NCBI GenBank assembly: GCA_951812825.1
Contig: OX638324.1
Coordinates: 1,051,141 to 1,115,140 of the forward strand
DNA: 64,000 nt
Direction of reading: 5' to 3'
From: an uncultured Dehalococcoidia bacterium
Lineage (GTDB): Bacteria > Chloroflexota > Dehalococcoidia > Lucifugimonadales > GCA-2712585
The first letter of the stretch is position 1; each line of letters begins with the position of its first letter. Below the pieces are notes generated by a model. It made no database searches. It saw only the letters and a program-made list of their open reading frames with translations, and was not told the DNA's origin. Both the position numbers and the translations under genes were made by a program. Below, in pieces: positions 53,336 to 61,661 of this stretch.

Positions 53336-54538
53336 TCAGGCGTTGACGTAGGCTTCCCAGCGGGAGTCCAGGTCGGAGGACTCTACGGTGCTCATTATGT
53401 AGTCGCCGAACTCTTTGCCTGTGGCGCCGGTGTCTCGGCCGGTTATGGTGAGCTTCCTTTCGTACTGGGTGCAAACGTCCAAGGCCTTGTTGAGACGGTT
53501 GGAGAGGTCGGAGTAGCCAAGGTGGTCCAGCATCATGCTGCCGGCGCGGATCATGGAGGAGGGGTCGGCGAAGTGGGCGCGGCCTTCCTGGACCATGCGG
53601 GGCGCGCTGCCGTGGATGGCTTCGAACATGGAGTATTTCTTGCCAATGTTGGCGCTGCCGGCGGTGCCGACGCCACCCTGAATCTGGGCGGCTTCGTCCG
53701 TGATGATGTCGCCATAGAGGTTGGGGAGAGCGAAGACCTGGAACTCGCTGCGACGGGCCAGGTCGAGGAGCTTGGCGGTCATGATGTCGATGTACCAGGC
53801 GTCCCAGGTAATGGAGGGGTAGTTTTGCGAAATCTTCCGGGCGATGTCGAGGAACTTGCCGTCGGTGGTCTTGATGATGTTGGCCTTGGTGACGATGGTG
53901 ACGCGGTCTTTGCCGTTGCGCTGGGCGTGGGCAAAGGCGGCGTCGATGATCCGCTCAGAGCCCTGGGTGGTGATGACGCGGAAGTCGATGGCGAGATCGT
54001 CGGTAACGTTTATGCCCTGGCTGCCGACGGCGTAGAGGTCTTCCGTGTTCTCGCGGAAGAAGGTCCAGTCGATATTTTCCTCGGGGATTCGGACGGGACG
54101 GACGTTGGCGAAGAGGTCGAGGGCCTTGCGCATGGAGACGTTGGCGCTTTCCAGGTTGGGCCAGCCGTCACCCTTTTCGGGGGTGTGGGTGGGGCCTTTG
54201 AGGGTGACGTGGCACTGCTGGATTTCGGCAAGAACGTCGTCGGGGATGGACTGCATGTGCTGGGCGCGGTTTTCGATGGTGAGACCGTCGATGTACCGGA
54301 AGACGATCTTTCCGCTTTCGACCTGGTCGCGGAGGAGGTACTCAAGGACGCGGCGTGCTTCGGCAGAGATGGCCGGGCCGATACCGTCGCCGCCCAGGAT
54401 GCCGATGCGGATTGGGTTGACTTCAGCGAAGTTGGTCCATTCCTGGTCTTGCTTGAGGCGTTCGACGCGTTCGAGTTGCTGTTGAAGGATTGTTGCGAAG
54501 TGGGAGGTGGCGTTTGTGATGGTTTGGGTGTCTGCCAC
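53336..54538 (-). CDS. icd: Isocitrate/isopropylmalate dehydrogenase family protein (isocitrate dehydrogenase most likely)
   Basis: IGILGGDGIGPAI...SANVSMRKALDLFANVRP...NLYGDIITDEAAQIQGGVG. A GTG start at 54538 with an AGGAGG SD is proposed. The track ORF's extra 83 codons run through repeats. Confidence 0.75.
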   Translation of the reverse strand: MADTQTITNATSHFATILQQQLERVERLKQDQEWTNFAEVNPIRIGILGGDGIGPAISAEARRVLEYLLRDQVESGKIVFRYIDGLTIENRAQHMQSIPDDVLAEIQQCHVTLKGPTHTPEKGDGWPNLESANVSMRKALDLFANVRPVRIPEENIDWTFFRENTEDLYAVGSQGINVTDDLAIDFRVITTQGSERIIDAAFAHAQRNGKDRVTIVTKANIIKTTDGKFLDIARKISQNYPSITWDAWYIDIMTAKLLDLARRSEFQVFALPNLYGDIITDEAAQIQGGVGTAGSANIGKKYSMFEAIHGSAPRMVQEGRAHFADPSSMIRAGSMMLDHLGYSDLSNRLNKALDVCTQYERKLTITGRDTGATGKEFGDYIMSTVESSDLDSRWEAYVNA

Positions 54539-54641
54539 GGGGCCTCCTGGGTTTAGGATGGGGTAATTATATGAGGGGGTTGGGTTTGGCGCAAATGGGA
54601 TATGGGCTGCGACCTGGAATAGATGTGGCAGTGAACAAGAT

Positions 54642-54667
54642 GGATTCCCGCCTCCGCGGGAACACGG
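54642..54667 (+). repeat. Intergenic repeat, module D
   Basis: GGATTCCCGCCTCCGCGGGAACACGG. Confidence 0.7.
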
Positions 54668-54766
54668 AGGGGTGAGGGGGTGCTGCGCAAATGGAAAGGA
54701 GAGTTGTTGTAAGTTGGCGGGGAGATTTGCTATATTTGGTACATCATTTGCGAATAGGAGCGGCGT

Positions 54767-54955
54767 ATGACATTTGTTGTCCTCCATGAAGGAGAAGCGC
54801 CGGAGAGCCTGATTAACCGGTTCCGTTCCGGGGTACAGCGTTCCGGCATATTAAGGGAGATCAAGAGACGCCGGTATTTCCGGTCGAAGAGCCAGAAGGC
54901 GCGAGAGGCGGCGCAGCGAGCAGCGCGGCGAGCCCGGCGTCGTCGCCGATACTAA
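54767..54955 (+). CDS. rpsU: 30S ribosomal protein S21
   Basis: ESLINRFRSGVQRSGILREIKRRRYFRSKSQKAREA, basic C-terminus, 62 aa. Confidence 0.8.
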   Translation: MTFVVLHEGEAPESLINRFRSGVQRSGILREIKRRRYFRSKSQKAREAAQRAARRARRRRRY

Positions 54956-55016
54956 GAATGATTCCAGGCGGCGTGCCTTTATTGGTCTGGGGCGCCGCTG
55001 CTGAATTCACAGACCA

Positions 55017-55712
55017 GTGTTAGACCTTAGTTCTTTTCGGGTCCTGAGCTTCGACTGCTACGGGACTCTCATTGATTGGGAAGGCGGGATACTTGTGGCG
55101 TTGAAGCCTCTGCTTTCCAGCCATGGTATAACCGTGCCGGATGATGAGCTTCTGAGGCTGTATGGGGAATTGGAGAGGGAAGGGCAGGGACAACGTCCTT
55201 TTCTGAGTTACAGGCAGGTGCTGTCGCGGATTGTGGCGGGTTTTGGGAGGCGGTTGGGGTTTCGTCCCGATGCGGAAGAGTTGGGGATGTTGGCGGATTC
55301 GATGAAGCGGTGGCAGCCCTTCGACGATACAGTAGATGCCCTGAAGGCGTTGAAGGAACGGCACCGGCTGGCAATTGTATCCAACGTGGACAGGGACTTG
55401 TTTGAGGCGTCGGCAAAGCAGTTGGGGGTGGGGTTTGATTGGGTGGTAACGTCGCAGGGGGTGGGGGAGTACAAGCCCTCGCTGCGGAATTTTCGGGTGG
55501 CGTTGGAGTGTATGGGGGTGTCGAAGTCCAAGGTGCTGCACGTGGCGCAGAGCTTGTTCCACGACATGGAGCCAGCGCAGGCGTTGGGGCTGTCGACGGT
55601 TTGGGTTAACCGGGCAGGGGCGCGATCTACGCCGTTGAGAGACGTGAGACCGGATTTAGAGGTGAAGAGCCTGACGGAGCTGGTGGGGTTGATGAGGAAG
55701 AGGGAGGGTTAG
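55017..55712 (+). CDS. HAD-superfamily hydrolase, haloacid dehalogenase type II-like
   Basis: VLSFDCYGTLIDWE (DxYGTL motif I)...IVSNVD...YKPS. Confidence 0.75.
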   Translation: MLDLSSFRVLSFDCYGTLIDWEGGILVALKPLLSSHGITVPDDELLRLYGELEREGQGQRPFLSYRQVLSRIVAGFGRRLGFRPDAEELGMLADSMKRWQPFDDTVDALKALKERHRLAIVSNVDRDLFEASAKQLGVGFDWVVTSQGVGEYKPSLRNFRVALECMGVSKSKVLHVAQSLFHDMEPAQALGLSTVWVNRAGARSTPLRDVRPDLEVKSLTELVGLMRKREG

Positions 55713-56611
55713 AGGGGTTGCCAGTAGCGCCGGGTTTCGCCGGCGATGATGCGACCGAAGCCTGGGGCGGGGAAGTGGCCGGCGGCGACGATGATGCCCT
55801 GATCCGCAAGTTTCCTTAGAGTTTCCCGACGCGTTTTGATGCCAAGCTCAGGTAATACGTCTGCCTTGGTGTTCCAGTGGGGAACCTGGATCTGGAGGGG
55901 GAGGTGGGCGACGTCGCCGAGGACGAAGGCGCGATTTCCCTGGGAGGTGACGGCGAGGCTCTGATGGCCGGGGGTGTGGCCCGGGGTGGGGACGATGGCG
56001 ATTTCGTCAGTGACGTTGAGGTCTCCATCAACCAGGCGGATGTTGTCCAGCTTCTGCATGAGCCTGCCGACGGGTAGGGAATCTCGGAAGACTTCTACTG
56101 CCGGAGGGTAGGGGCTTTCACCCCCACCCTGCCCTTCTCCATTGACGTGGGAAGGGAGTTGGGGATCGAAGAGCAGGTCCCAGTCGGCCTGGGGGACGAT
56201 GTACTCCGCGTTGGGGAAGGTGGGGCAAACTGAGCCGTCGGGGAGGGGGTTGGGGAGCCAGCCGATGTGGTCGAAGTGGAGGTGGGTGATGACGACGGTG
56301 TCGATGGTATTCGGGTCTATGCCGCCCTGGCGCATTTCGCTGAGGAGGTTGCCGGCGGCACCGCCCGCCTGGGCAACGGGGGTGGGGCCAAGTCCGGCGT
56401 CGACGAGGATCCGCCTTCCCTGGGACTCGATGAGGAAGCAGGCGACGTTGATCCCGCCGTTTACCTGGCAGTCGTCGTCCACCTGCCCCTCGAACTGCTG
56501 AAAGGCTCCTACGGACTTATGCGGGAAAAAATCGCAGGCGTCGACGGCCATGAGGCAATCGGATATGGAGAGGATGTTTACGTTGCCGACGTTTATCTTC
56601 TGGATGTTCAT
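55709..56611 (-). CDS. MBL-fold metallo-hydrolase
   Basis: VVITHLHFDHIGW (HxHxDH)...TPGHTPGH. GGAGG SD. Start trimmed to Met22. Confidence 0.8.
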   Translation of the reverse strand: MNIQKINVGNVNILSISDCLMAVDACDFFPHKSVGAFQQFEGQVDDDCQVNGGINVACFLIESQGRRILVDAGLGPTPVAQAGGAAGNLLSEMRQGGIDPNTIDTVVITHLHFDHIGWLPNPLPDGSVCPTFPNAEYIVPQADWDLLFDPQLPSHVNGEGQGGGESPYPPAVEVFRDSLPVGRLMQKLDNIRLVDGDLNVTDEIAIVPTPGHTPGHQSLAVTSQGNRAFVLGDVAHLPLQIQVPHWNTKADVLPELGIKTRRETLRKLADQGIIVAAGHFPAPGFGRIIAGETRRYWQPL

Positions 56612-56765
56612 GGGCCTCCGGGCGGTGATGACAGGAGTTGGGGCGGGTTCGTGGATGGGGGAATTATAGCCCATCGGAGGAGGGGATAAGGGGGTGGATT
56701 TCTTTGACAGTGGGTGGGGTATGGTTTAAGTTAGCAGGGCCTGAATTCCGAGGGGGAGGCGGCCA

Positions 56766-57866
56766 ATGCGCGGACGAGTGGTTGTTTGCAAGGAGCATAA
56801 CCAGCCCTTTGTGATTGAGGAGTATGAGGTGCCGGAGCTGGAGCCCGGGGCGATTCTGCTGCGGATGGTGCAGTCCGGCATCTGCGGGTCGGACCTGCAC
56901 TACTGGCGGGGGGACCAGGCGCAGGCGCCGCTTCCACCAACGGGGCGGGTGATGGGGCACGAGGGGTACGGCGTGGTGCACAGCTTGGGCAGGGGAGCGG
57001 ACAGGGACTCGCTGGGGCGGCGGCTGAGAGAGGGCGACCGGGTGGTGTATACGGCGATATTCCCGTGCAATCGGTGTCACATGTGTTTGAAGTCGATGGG
57101 GAACCTGTGCGTAAACCGACCGTTTCCAGCGGCGGGGGACTATCCGTACTTCACGGGGACTTACGCCGATTATCTGTACTTGCCGCCGGGCCATCCGATA
57201 TTCCTGGCGCCGGACGGGATATCGGACGAGGTGCTGGCTCCGGTTAACTGCGCCATGGGAACGGTGACGCAGGGGTTGATTTCGGCGGGGGCGGAAGCCG
57301 GGGACTGGGTGGTGGTTCAGGGCGCGGGAGGATTGGGGCTGACGGCTACGGCGGTGGCGAAGGATATGGGCGCTCACGGGGTGATTGTGCTGGACCGATT
57401 GGAGAACCGGCTGGAGCTGGCGCGGGAGTTCGGGGCGGACTACGTTATCAACATCAACGAATACGATACGCCTGAAGCGCGGATCGAGCGGGTGTGGGAG
57501 CTGACGCGAGGCAGAGGTGCGGACGTGGTGATGGAGCTTGTGGGCCTGGCGGACCTGCTCGTGGAAGGGGTGGAGATGCTGGGGAACGGGGGGACCTTCG
57601 TGGAGATTGGGGACATTGTGCCGGGGCGGACGGTGGCGTTGGACCCTTCGACGCTGCTGAAGGGGAAGCGGATTGTCGGGTCTCTGATGTATCCCGCGCA
57701 TCTGATACCGAGGATTCTGGACTTTCTGGAGCGGAATTTGGAGACGCGTCCATTCCACAAGATAGTTTCGCACAAGTTCAAGCTGGAAGACGTGAACAAG
57801 GCGTTCCCGCAGGCGGAGTGGAATGCGAGGCAGACGGAGGTTACGCGGGCGGTACTGGCGCCGTAA
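56766..57866 (+). CDS. Zinc-dependent alcohol dehydrogenase family (MDR) oxidoreductase
   Basis: GICGSDLHYWRG...GHEGYG...CNRCHMC...VVQGAGGLG. Confidence 0.8.
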   Translation: MRGRVVVCKEHNQPFVIEEYEVPELEPGAILLRMVQSGICGSDLHYWRGDQAQAPLPPTGRVMGHEGYGVVHSLGRGADRDSLGRRLREGDRVVYTAIFPCNRCHMCLKSMGNLCVNRPFPAAGDYPYFTGTYADYLYLPPGHPIFLAPDGISDEVLAPVNCAMGTVTQGLISAGAEAGDWVVVQGAGGLGLTATAVAKDMGAHGVIVLDRLENRLELAREFGADYVININEYDTPEARIERVWELTRGRGADVVMELVGLADLLVEGVEMLGNGGTFVEIGDIVPGRTVALDPSTLLKGKRIVGSLMYPAHLIPRILDFLERNLETRPFHKIVSHKFKLEDVNKAFPQAEWNARQTEVTRAVLAP

Positions 57867-57903
57867 TTCGGAGCTTGGCCGAACCTGGACGGAGGAGGAG
57901 TAG

Positions 57904-59145
57904 ATGAAGTTCGACATATTTTGCCTGCCAACGGTGCCGGGGACCCTGGAGGACAGAGCAGCATTGCGTCCCATCGGCCGGAATAACGAACGGTACCAGC
58001 AGATGATAGACGAGCTGCGAAGCATTGCGGTGATGGCAGACGAGGTGGGGTTTGACGCCTTCTCCACGACGGAGCACCACATGCACTCGGAGGGGTTCGA
58101 GGCGTCGGTGGCGCCGCTGCTGCTGTACGCGGACCTGGCGGCGAGGACAAAGCGGATAAAGTTTGCGCCGTTGGGGCTGGTGCTGCCTTCGTGGGACCCG
58201 ATCCGGTGCGCGGAGGAGATAGCGATTCTGGACCATTTGACGAGAGGGAGGGTGATTGCGGGGTTCGCCCGCGGGTACCAGGACCGGTGGACGAACGTGT
58301 TGGGGCAGCAGTACCGGGTATCGGCGGCGACGATGGACGGGTCCGAGGTGGACTTGATGAATCGGGAGGTGTTCGAGGAGGTGTTCGACATCATCAAGCT
58401 GGCGTGGACCCAGGACGCCATCGAGTACAACGGGAAGTATTACCAGATTCCGGTGCCCTACAAGGAAGGGATCAGCCACTGGCCGCCGACGGAGTGGACG
58501 AATACTTATGGCGCGCCAGGAGAGTTGGACGAGGAGGGTATCATCCGCCGAGTGAGCGTGATTCCCAAGCCGTACCAGGACCCGCATCCACCGTTGTGGC
58601 AGCCCTTCGCGGTGAGCGAGACGACGATACGCCGGACGGCGCAGCGGGGGATTGTGCCGTGGATATTGACATCGCTGCCGGAGAGTTTTGCGAAGCTGTG
58701 CGTGGCGTACCAGGAGGAGGCGGCGCAGCACGGAAGGCAGTTGGGGGTGGGGGAGAGTGTGGGCGCCGTCCGCGCCATCTATTTTGGGGACAGCTATGAG
58801 GAGGCCTTTGAACTTGGGTACAAGAGCACGGGCATAGGCTTCCATCACTACTTCGGGGAGTTTGGGTTCGTGGAGCCGTTCCGGAACCCGGGGGAGGAGG
58901 GGCCATCGCCACTGAAGTTCAAGACGGAGCTGGAGACGTATCAGCGGATGGTGGACCACAGCTACGTGTTGTGCGGAACGGTGGACCAGGTGAAGGCAAA
59001 GATCGAGTCTCTGGCGACGTGTCACGGTGAGGGGGAGTTGGAGTGGTTCGGGTGGAGCATGGGCCAGGGATTTATGCCGCTGGACGAGGTGCGGCGTCAG
59101 ATTGAGCTTTTCGCCACGCACATCATGCCGGAGTTCAAGGCGTAG
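57904..59145 (+). CDS. LLM-class (luciferase-like) flavin/F420-dependent oxidoreductase
   Basis: MKFDIF...GFDAFSTTEHHMHSEG...PLLLYADLAARTKRIKF. GGAGGAGG SD. Confidence 0.7.
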   Translation: MKFDIFCLPTVPGTLEDRAALRPIGRNNERYQQMIDELRSIAVMADEVGFDAFSTTEHHMHSEGFEASVAPLLLYADLAARTKRIKFAPLGLVLPSWDPIRCAEEIAILDHLTRGRVIAGFARGYQDRWTNVLGQQYRVSAATMDGSEVDLMNREVFEEVFDIIKLAWTQDAIEYNGKYYQIPVPYKEGISHWPPTEWTNTYGAPGELDEEGIIRRVSVIPKPYQDPHPPLWQPFAVSETTIRRTAQRGIVPWILTSLPESFAKLCVAYQEEAAQHGRQLGVGESVGAVRAIYFGDSYEEAFELGYKSTGIGFHHYFGEFGFVEPFRNPGEEGPSPLKFKTELETYQRMVDHSYVLCGTVDQVKAKIESLATCHGEGELEWFGWSMGQGFMPLDEVRRQIELFATHIMPEFKA

Positions 59146-59200
59146 GAGAGGGGATTCAGCGCACATCGGGCGCATTTGGGGGAATCACGAAGTGGGAGGA

Positions 59201-59273
59201 GCACCCCCATCCTAACCTTCCCCCATCAAGGGGGAAGGGATAAGATGGATTCCGGCTTTCGCCGGAGTGACGG
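59201..59273 (+). repeat. Intergenic repeat cluster: module C plus module D variant
   Basis: GCACCCCCATCCTAACCTTCCCCCATCAAGGGGGAAGGG (59201-59239); GGATTCCGGCTTTCGCCGGAGTGACGG (59247-59273). Confidence 0.8.
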
Positions 59274-59387
59274 GATGGAGTCAGGGGTGTGGGAAGGCTG
59301 TCATCGGCCCAAGTCCTCCATGGAGGAGGCTGGCGTGGTGATTGTTAAGAGTTCGTTGCGTTGGCAGAATCGCGGGGAAGTTCCGGT

Positions 59388-59416
59388 ATGACGGGTGAGT
59401 GGGCGTGTGGTAGAAT
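59388..59416 (+). promoter_or_regulatory. Promoter candidate for gdhA (ATGACG-17 nt-TGgTAGAAT)
   Basis: Extended -10 TGGTAGAAT (hexamer at 59411-59416) and weak -35 at 59388-59393. It lies 52 nt upstream of the ATG. Confidence 0.4.
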
Positions 59417-59467
59417 TTGGGACGCCTTTCGGCAATATTCGGTGAAGACCCATTTTGGAGGAGATAG

Positions 59468-60742
59468 ATGAGTCAGCAGAACGGTCAGGGTCCAGGAGAA
59501 GACGCCGGCGTATTTCAGATGGCCCGGCAGCAATTCAACGCCGCCGCAGATAAGTTAGGGCTGGACGATGGAATGAGGGCTGTGCTGGGAAGCTGCAAGC
59601 GGGAGTTTGCCGTCAATTTCCCGGTTCGAATGGACACCGGGGACATTAACGTGTTCTCCGGCTATCGGGTACAACACAACGTTGTACGAGGCCCGGCCAA
59701 GGGAGGACTTCGATTTCATCCAGACGTAACGCTGGACGAGGTTAAGGCCCTGGCGATGTGGATGACGTGGAAGTGCGCCATCACCAACATACCCTACGGC
59801 GGCGGCAAGGGTGGAGTGACTTGCAACCCGAAAGAGTTGTCCATGGGAGAGTTGGAGAGGCTGACACGCCGTTTTGCGACGGAGATTTCCCCTTTGATAG
59901 GGACGGCTTCAGACATCCCTGCGCCGGACGTAAACACAGACGGACAGATAATGGCGTGGATCATGGATACCATCAGCATGCACGCGGGATATACGGACCA
60001 CGGCATCGTGACCGGCAAGCCGATCAGCGTCGGCGGCACTCTGGGCCGAACGGAGGCGACGGGTCGAGGGGTGATGATTACGGCCAGGGAGGCGGCCAAG
60101 CGGCTGGGGATAATGTTGGAGGGCGCCCGGGTGGTGGTGCAGGGCTACGGAAACGTGGGTTATTGGGGCGCGTATCTGCTGCAACAGATGGGATGCAAGA
60201 TTATCGGCGCGAGCGACAGCCGGGGAGCCATCTACGCCGAGCAGGGACTGGACACGTACAAGCTGCTGGAGCACAAGGCGGAGAGCGGTTCAGTGGTGGG
60301 GTATGAAGGGTCGGAGGGCATCAGCGACGCTGAGTTGCTCGCGCTGCCCTGCGAGGTGTTGATTCCGGCGGCGCTGGAACAGTCGATAACCAGGGATAAC
60401 GCAGAAAAGATTGACGCCAAGATCATCGTCGAGGGAGCGAACGGCCCGACGACACCGGAGGCGGACGCGATTCTGGAAGACCAGAACATCATGGTGATAC
60501 CGGATATTCTGGCCAACGCCGGCGGTGTGGTGGTGTCGTACTTTGAGTGGGTGCAGGACATTCAGCACCTGTTCTGGGAAAAGGACGACGTAGACAACCA
60601 GCTGGAGTCGATCATGACCCGCAGCTTCAACAGCGTGATTGACGCGTCGGAGGAGCACGACACGAGCCTCCGGACGGCGGCGCTGCTGGTGGCGGTGGAC
60701 CGGGTGGCCGAAGCGTTCCGGATGCGGGGTGTTTACCCGTAG
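59468..60742 (+). CDS. gdhA: Glutamate dehydrogenase (Glu/Leu/Phe/Val dehydrogenase family)
   Basis: RGPAKGGLRFHP...NIPYGGGKGGV...VQGYGNVG. Confidence 0.9.
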   Translation: MSQQNGQGPGEDAGVFQMARQQFNAAADKLGLDDGMRAVLGSCKREFAVNFPVRMDTGDINVFSGYRVQHNVVRGPAKGGLRFHPDVTLDEVKALAMWMTWKCAITNIPYGGGKGGVTCNPKELSMGELERLTRRFATEISPLIGTASDIPAPDVNTDGQIMAWIMDTISMHAGYTDHGIVTGKPISVGGTLGRTEATGRGVMITAREAAKRLGIMLEGARVVVQGYGNVGYWGAYLLQQMGCKIIGASDSRGAIYAEQGLDTYKLLEHKAESGSVVGYEGSEGISDAELLALPCEVLIPAALEQSITRDNAEKIDAKIIVEGANGPTTPEADAILEDQNIMVIPDILANAGGVVVSYFEWVQDIQHLFWEKDDVDNQLESIMTRSFNSVIDASEEHDTSLRTAALLVAVDRVAEAFRMRGVYP

Positions 60743-60837
60743 TTATAGACCGCAATGTAATCCAGTGGTCCAGCCTGGGCGACCGGAATGGTCGCCAGCA
60801 GGACTGGAATCAAGAGCCATATGTGACACAAGGAAAA

Positions 60838-60868
60838 GGCCCCGGCATGTAGCCGGGGCCTTGCTTTT
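60838..60868. terminator. Bidirectional intrinsic terminator between convergent gdhA and the lipoprotein gene
   Basis: GGCCCCGGC-ATGTA-GCCGGGGCC forms a 9-bp GC stem. It is flanked by AAAA upstream and TTGCTTTTGG downstream. Confidence 0.7.
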
Positions 60869-60887
60869 GGTGGGGTGTGTTATGGGG

Positions 60888-61490
60888 CTAGGGGTTGATG
60901 GTGTAGTCGACGGTTACCTCGAGGCCCTGGAGGAGGTAGGGGTTGGAGAAGACCAGCTGGTATGCGCCGTTGATATCCGCCTGGAATTCTACGGTGTTGC
61001 TGGGCGTCTGGGGCTCATCGAGCAACTGATCTCCAATGGGATTGAGGACGGTGAAGATGACATCACTAGCCGCCGAGCCAGCACCCTCATCACCTGCGAA
61101 CCTTCCTCCGGTGGTGATTCCTCCGGAACTACGTCCCAACGAGGAGTAGGTTACGCTCACAGTGTCGCTGGCAGCGAGGTTGAGTTCGAAGACCTCAAAA
61201 CCTCGAGAAATAACGAATATTGTCTCCGTGCCCGACCCGGTTGCAGGGGCAGCGTCGGCAGGCGCCGGAGGCTGGGTGGCAGCGGGGGCGCTGGGGGTCG
61301 CGGCGGTGGCTGCCGGAGGGGCGGTTCCACCGTTATCGCCACTATCGCCATTATCACCGCCACCGCAAGCGGCCAGGAGAGAGATAGCTAGAAGGGCGAG
61401 CGACACTGCGGCGATGGGGGCTAATCTTCGCAGGGACGCTGCGATGACTCTACAGCTGGCGAACACAGGGGAATGGAATTTGGGTTGCAT
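60888..61490 (-). CDS. Hypothetical lipoprotein
   Basis: Lipobox LLAACGGGDNG, an Ala/Pro/Thr-rich linker, then a beta-rich ~120-aa domain. No family recognised. Confidence 0.5.
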   Translation of the reverse strand: MQPKFHSPVFASCRVIAASLRRLAPIAAVSLALLAISLLAACGGGDNGDSGDNGGTAPPAATAATPSAPAATQPPAPADAAPATGSGTETIFVISRGFEVFELNLAASDTVSVTYSSLGRSSGGITTGGRFAGDEGAGSAASDVIFTVLNPIGDQLLDEPQTPSNTVEFQADINGAYQLVFSNPYLLQGLEVTVDYTINP

Positions 61491-61597
61491 TTCTTAGTGG
61501 TTCTCCTCAGAAGACGGGATAAAATCGCAAGAAAGAATGTTAGGCGTTAAGCCATTTGCTGTCAAGCAAGGGGAGGCGGGGAGAAGGGCAAGAAAAA

Positions 61598-61627
61598 CCG
61601 AGGCCCCCGGAATTCCGGGGGCCTCGG
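61598..61627 (-). terminator. Intrinsic terminator after the SBP gene
   Basis: Perfect 13-bp stem CCGAGGCCCCCGG-AATT-CCGGGGGCCTCGG. A T-run follows on the minus strand (plus-strand AAAAA at 61593-61597). Confidence 0.75.
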
Positions 61628-61661
61628 AGTCTTTAGCCGTTAGGTTGAAGTAGGGGTTAGC

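Noticed and set aside
54539-54787. N-terminal extensions of track ORFs: icd here, plus argS 21983-22144, thiG 10046-10180, rpe 30834-30956, mdh 53162-53224, yhhQ 43039-43191 and the HExxH protein 16402-16557.
   Set aside because: The extra codons run through intergenic repeat modules or the TPP riboswitch and have no family similarity. Better-placed internal starts with SD sequences exist.
56664-58430. 588-aa minus-strand ORF, and the overlapping 444-aa ORF at 57841-59175.
   Set aside because: They are antisense to the Zn-ADH and LLM oxidoreductase genes. Their R/P/H-rich low-complexity translations have no motifs, a typical high-GC shadow-ORF pattern.
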